From contig CABSMQ010000001.1 of the NCBI GenBank assembly GCA_902478965.1, forward strand, positions 14,857 to 78,856: a stretch of DNA of 64,000 bases. The letters are read 5' to 3'. The notes beneath the pieces were generated by a model, which did no database searches, had not been told where the DNA came from, and saw only the letters and a program-made list of their open reading frames with translations. Both the position numbers and the translations under genes were made by a program. Origin of the DNA: an uncultured Collinsella sp. GTDB taxonomy: Bacteria; Actinomycetota; Coriobacteriia; Coriobacteriales; Coriobacteriaceae. This document shows positions 59,899-64,000 of this stretch, in pieces; the stretch's first letter is position 1; the number at the start of each line of letters is the position of its first letter.

Positions 59899-60282
59899 AT
59901 GTTTAAATACGGCAAAAAAGCTGGCTACATGGGTATTGCGCTGCTCGTACTTGCAGTGATTCCGCTGGTGGTCGCAGCGTGCGTTATCCCCAACATTGGT
60001 CCCGAGGTGGCAACGAAGTTTAACGCCGCCGGCGAGGTGACGCGCTGGGGCAAGAGCTACGAGTTGCTGGCGCTGCCGGTGCTCAACCTGCTGCTGAGCG
60101 TGGCGACATACTTTACGGCGGGACGTCAAGCTAAAAACAATGATGACTCCGCCGCCATGGCGCGCATCGTGTGCGAGCGCTACCTGCGCAACGGCTGCAT
60201 CACGGGCGTGTTCCTCAACGTGATCAACGTCTACTTTATGTATTCGGCGATTACTGGAACGGGCTTTGGCTTTGGTTTCTAG
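59899..60282 (+). CDS. Small membrane protein (DUF1648-like)
   Basis: Three hydrophobic segments; FNAAGEVTRWG. Confidence 0.7.
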   Translation: MFKYGKKAGYMGIALLVLAVIPLVVAACVIPNIGPEVATKFNAAGEVTRWGKSYELLALPVLNLLLSVATYFTAGRQAKNNDDSAAMARIVCERYLRNGCITGVFLNVINVYFMYSAITGTGFGFGF

Positions 60283-60291
60283 CTTGTCCTT

Positions 60292-60705
60292 TTAGGCAAC
60301 GAGCCTGCACGCATATTCAATGGCTGCTGCGAGGCCGCCGCTCGATCGTGGTTTAAAGACCATATCGGCGGCGGCCTCGTTTTCGTATCCGGCGCCGCGA
60401 AGGGCAAGTGCGATACCGGCTTCCAGGAGAAGGGGCAGACCGTGTTGGCTGGTTGCGATTACGGCAGCCTGATTGAGCGAGCAGCTGTGCGCTTGGCATT
60501 GGATGGCAAGTTCACCTTGCGCCGGGCAAGGGACCAGAACGGCGGCGACGCGACTTGATAGCAATGCAAATGCTGTGCGCTCATCGGGCGAAAGGCATTC
60601 TGCTTCAACGACGACGAGCTTGGGCGGCGCGCTGTTTGTGCGAAGCGTGGCTCGGTACATGCGGACCGAAGAACCCAACATAGAAAACTCCTGTGTATTC
60701 GGCAA
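60292..60705 (-). CDS. Hypothetical protein; C-terminus weakly resembles Cof/HAD hydrolases
   Basis: AADMVF..GGLAAAI C-terminal similarity only; start uncertain. Confidence 0.45.
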   Translation of the reverse strand: MPNTQEFSMLGSSVRMYRATLRTNSAPPKLVVVEAECLSPDERTAFALLSSRVAAVLVPCPAQGELAIQCQAHSCSLNQAAVIATSQHGLPLLLEAGIALALRGAGYENEAAADMVFKPRSSGGLAAAIEYACRLVA

Positions 60706-60757
60706 AACGTAAACTATAGTTTACGTTTATGTTCGGCTCCATTTCAAACTCGGCTGC

Positions 60758-60976
60758 ATGGACGAACGTGCGAAACAGATTCTTGGCAGGCGGGTCGAAG
60801 AGACACGCAGGGACCTTGGTATCTCCAAGGTTGATTTTTGTGTGGCGACAGGAATCAGCCGACCCTACCTCGACCGAATCGAAGATGGGACGGCAAATTT
60901 CACGCTCAAGGTTCTATTTAAGATCGCACCCGCACTCGGTATGACGGTGTCAGAGCTTCTTGAGGGTATCGAGTAG
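60758..60976 (+). CDS. XRE family HTH regulator
   Basis: GISRPYLDRIEDGTANFTLKVLFKIAPALG. Confidence 0.88.
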   Translation: MDERAKQILGRRVEETRRDLGISKVDFCVATGISRPYLDRIEDGTANFTLKVLFKIAPALGMTVSELLEGIE

Positions 60977-61025
60977 CCTTTTTTGCTAGATTTGCCGCTT
61001 GTTGAACGGGTCCCCCCGACGGCGG

Positions 61026-61239
61026 CGTGCAAAAACGCGAGTATTCAGCATCCCTCAATAATTTGACGGCAGCCGGGGCCACAAATACGACGCGTAATGT
61101 TTTGGACTATCCACAAAATTCAATAATATGAGGAATAACAAGCGCGCGGAACGAGTCTTTCGAGTCGAAAGGCAATTTACAGCCAGCGGTTTTAACGTTC
61201 CCGGAAGGGGCGGATGCTGAAAACTCCGCTTTTTGCACG
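61026..61239. mobile_element. MITE-like segment with 28-bp imperfect terminal inverted repeats
   Basis: CGTGCAAAAACGCGAGTATTCAGCATCC / GGATGCTGAAAACTCCGCTTTTTGCACG around an AT-richer noncoding core. Confidence 0.45.
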
Positions 61240-61293
61240 TTCCGAGGGGTACCACGTGCCCTACAAGGCCCAAAGAGGCGGATTTTGTTTTAG

Positions 61294-62307
61294 CTACGCC
61301 ATCGGGATACGGTCGTGGTTGACTTGGCTGTAGAACAGGCGTTGAATCTCTGCCGCATCACGTGACTGGCCGAGTGCCCACATGGTTTTGGCCACGAGCG
61401 TCTCGGTTGTCATATCGTCGCCGCGTAGAATGCCCGGATGGTCGGCGTAGGCACGGCCGACCTCATAAACACCCAAATCGAGGCCCTCCTCGGGGACCTG
61501 TGTGGTCATAACGACGGTGCGACCCGAATTGACCCAGCGGAAAATTGCCTCTTGGAATGACTCGCCGGACTCGCCAAACTCGGGGATACCGCCAATGCCA
61601 AAGGTCTCCAGAATCACGGCGTCGTAGCTATCGGCAAGGGCGTCAAGGATACCCGGGTTTACGCCGGGCGTCAGCTTAAGGACAAACACGCGCGGGTCGA
61701 TGCTATCGTAGAAACGCACCGGGTTTTCGCCCTGATGCGTGCCGTGAAGCCCGTTGCGCACGATGCGGTCGTTGCGGATGTAGGCAATGGGCGGATAGTT
61801 GACGCTAATGAACGCGTTAAAGCTCATGGTGCGCTGCTTGCGGGCGCGCGTACCGGCAATGGCGACGCCGCCAAACACGATAGAGACGTCGTGCGAATGC
61901 TCATCGAGCGCATAGAGCAGGCTCTGGTACAGATTGAGTTTGGCGTCAGTAAAAGGGTTGCCCATGGGCTTTTGCGAGCCGGTGAGTACGATGGGCTTGG
62001 GACTGTCCTGAATCAGATAGGAAAGCGCTGCCGCGGTGTAGCTCATGGTGTCGGTGCCGTGCAGAATCACGAAGCCGTCGTGGTCGGCATAACCCTCGAC
62101 GATGACGTCGCGGATACGCATCCAGTCACTCGGGCGCATGTTGGTGCTGTCGATGTTCATGGGCTGCACGACGTCGAGCTCGCAGAGGCCCGAGATCTCG
62201 GGGACGCTCTGGGCGAGCTCCTCACCGGTCAGGGCGGGGGAGAGGCCGTTGCCGTCCTCGGTCGATGCGATGGTGCCGCCCGTGGCGATGAGAAGGATGC
62301 GCTTCAT
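61294..62307 (-). CDS. ansA: L-asparaginase type I
   Basis: ATGGTIA, HGTDTM and TGSQ motifs. Confidence 0.92.
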   Translation of the reverse strand: MKRILLIATGGTIASTEDGNGLSPALTGEELAQSVPEISGLCELDVVQPMNIDSTNMRPSDWMRIRDVIVEGYADHDGFVILHGTDTMSYTAAALSYLIQDSPKPIVLTGSQKPMGNPFTDAKLNLYQSLLYALDEHSHDVSIVFGGVAIAGTRARKQRTMSFNAFISVNYPPIAYIRNDRIVRNGLHGTHQGENPVRFYDSIDPRVFVLKLTPGVNPGILDALADSYDAVILETFGIGGIPEFGESGESFQEAIFRWVNSGRTVVMTTQVPEEGLDLGVYEVGRAYADHPGILRGDDMTTETLVAKTMWALGQSRDAAEIQRLFYSQVNHDRIPMA

Positions 62308-62574
62308 GCTGATATTCCTATCGTATTTGCCGCCGCAGAGGCGGAGTCGTTCGGCAGTATTGTGGCACAGGGCGTCCAATGTTCAAACGTATTACATCAT
62401 CTGTAACGTCTGGTAACACTTCAATTGCCGTCAAATAGGGGCCCAGGTCGTGCGTTTGCCGTGCGCTGATGGCTGCGAGGGGCGAGAAACCCCATATAAC
62501 GTGTACACTATGGAGGTTATTTTCGTTCATTCACGCGGGTGGGCACCGGCTCCCCGCCAACAAGAGGGGGAACC

Positions 62575-64000
62575 ATGGATCAAAAGGCTTCCGCAAAGGT
62601 CCTCGTACTCGACTTTGGTGCGCAGTACGGTCAGCTCATTGCCCGTCGCGTCCGCGACCTCAACGTGTATTCCGAGATCGTCCCCTGCGACATCTCGGCC
62701 GACGAGATTCGCGAGATGAACGCCTCTGCGCTCATCCTTTCTGGCGGCCCGGCCTCCGTGTACGCCGAGGATGCTCCGTCCATCGATCCTGCCATCTTTG
62801 ACCTGGGCCTTCCCGTCCTGGGCTTTTGCTACGGCCATCAGATCACGGCCGTGACGCTCGGTGGCAAGGTCGGCCACTCCGAGGTGGGCGAGTACGGCCG
62901 CGCCACCATCACGCGCACGGCCGGCGCCAAGCTCTTTAACTCCACGCCCATGGAGCAGACCGTGTGGATGAGCCATCGCGACGCCGTTTCCGAGGTGCCC
63001 GAGGGCTTTACCGTTACCGCCAGCACCGACGTGTGCCCGGTTGCCGCCATGGAGTGCCCCGAGCGCAAGATTTTCACCACGCAGTTCCACCCCGAGGTCA
63101 AGCATTCCGAGTACGGTCAGCAGCTGCTGAGCAATTTCCTGTTTGAGATCTGCGGCCTGGAGCCCAACTGGAGCATGGACAATCTGGTCGAGACCATGAC
63201 GGCCGAGTTCCGCGAGAAGGTCGGTGACGACCGCGTGATTCTGGCCCTGTCCGGTGGCGTCGACTCCTCCGTCGTGGCTGCGCTGGGCGCCCGCGCCGTG
63301 GGTAAGCAGATGACCTGCGTGTTCATCAACCACGGCCTGCTGCGCAAGGGCGAGCCCGAGCAGGTGGAGGAGGTCTTCACCAAGCAGTTTGACGTCGACT
63401 TTATCCACGTTCACGCCGAGGACCGTTATGCCGAGCTTTTGGCCGGCGTGACCGAGCCCGAGGAGAAGCGCCGCATCATCGGTACGCAGTTCTGGAAAGA
63501 GTTCTTCGCCGTGGCGCAGCAGCTCGAGACCGATGGCAAGCCGGTCAAGTACCTGGCTCAGGGCACCATCTACCCCGACATCATCGAGTCTGGCGCTCGC
63601 AAGACGGGCGGCAAGACGGCCACCATCAAGAGCCATCACAACCTGATCCCGTTCCCCGATGGCGTGCACTTCGACCTTATTGAGCCGCTCGACCACTTCT
63701 TTAAGGACGAGGTCCGCGCACTTGGTCTGGCGCTTGGCCTGCCGGGTCACATCGTGTTCCGTCAGCCTTTCCCGGGCCCGGGTCTGGCCATCCGCATCAT
63801 CGGTGCGGTCGACAAGGAGAAGCTCGAGATCCTCAAGAACGCCGACGCCATCGTGCGCGAGGAGCTCGACGCCTACAACCAGCGTCTGTTTGAGCAGACC
63901 GGCGAGCGCAACTCCGAGCACAGCTGCTGGCAGTACTTCGCGGTTCTGCCCGACATTAAGTCCGTTGGCGTTATGGGCGACGAGCGCACCTATCAGCGCC
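62575..64000 (+). CDS. guaA: GMP synthase, 3'-truncated by the window edge
   Basis: DFGAQY, QFHPEV, SGGVDS, QGTIYPD and PFPGPGL motifs; absent from the ORF track because no stop falls in the window. Confidence 0.97.
   Translation, partial: MDQKASAKVLVLDFGAQYGQLIARRVRDLNVYSEIVPCDISADEIREMNASALILSGGPASVYAEDAPSIDPAIFDLGLPVLGFCYGHQITAVTLGGKVGHSEVGEYGRATITRTAGAKLFNSTPMEQTVWMSHRDAVSEVPEGFTVTASTDVCPVAAMECPERKIFTTQFHPEVKHSEYGQQLLSNFLFEICGLEPNWSMDNLVETMTAEFREKVGDDRVILALSGGVDSSVVAALGARAVGKQMTCVFINHGLLRKGEPEQVEEVFTKQFDVDFIHVHAEDRYAELLAGVTEPEEKRRIIGTQFWKEFFAVAQQLETDGKPVKYLAQGTIYPDIIESGARKTGGKTATIKSHHNLIPFPDGVHFDLIEPLDHFFKDEVRALGLALGLPGHIVFRQPFPGPGLAIRIIGAVDKEKLEILKNADAIVREELDAYNQRLFEQTGERNSEHSCWQYFAVLPDIKSVGVMGDERTYQR

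Overview
High-GC chromosomal segment of a gut actinobacterium. The gene set and codon style suggest Coriobacteriia (Collinsella-like); this is an inference. Core genes: gatCAB, ssrA, rplM-rpsI-glmM, nagB, yhbY, a metF/metH operon, type III glnA, tRNA-Glu, fused murT-gatD, adh and two gldA copies, ychF, an asparaginase and partial guaA. Accessory modules: a sortase pilus locus with a mosaic pilin, split by an AbiE-like gene pair; an AAA/DUF4143 gene; an AraC plus paired exporter-fold ABC genes followed by a fezA/fezB-like (ferrosome-type P1B-6 ATPase) pair; a PIN toxin-antitoxin pair; a C5 DNA methyltransferase plus DUF4928-like cassette inside the methionine operon; and a GntR-GH4-PTS-serine hydrolase locus. 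The most unusual signal is a ~135-nt structured element present twice, just after gatB and just after the DUF711 gene, in the same transcript orientation. It has conserved loops and covarying stems. Next to one copy there is a strong strand-specific depletion of C-ending codons. All product calls come from motif recognition only; no database searches were run.
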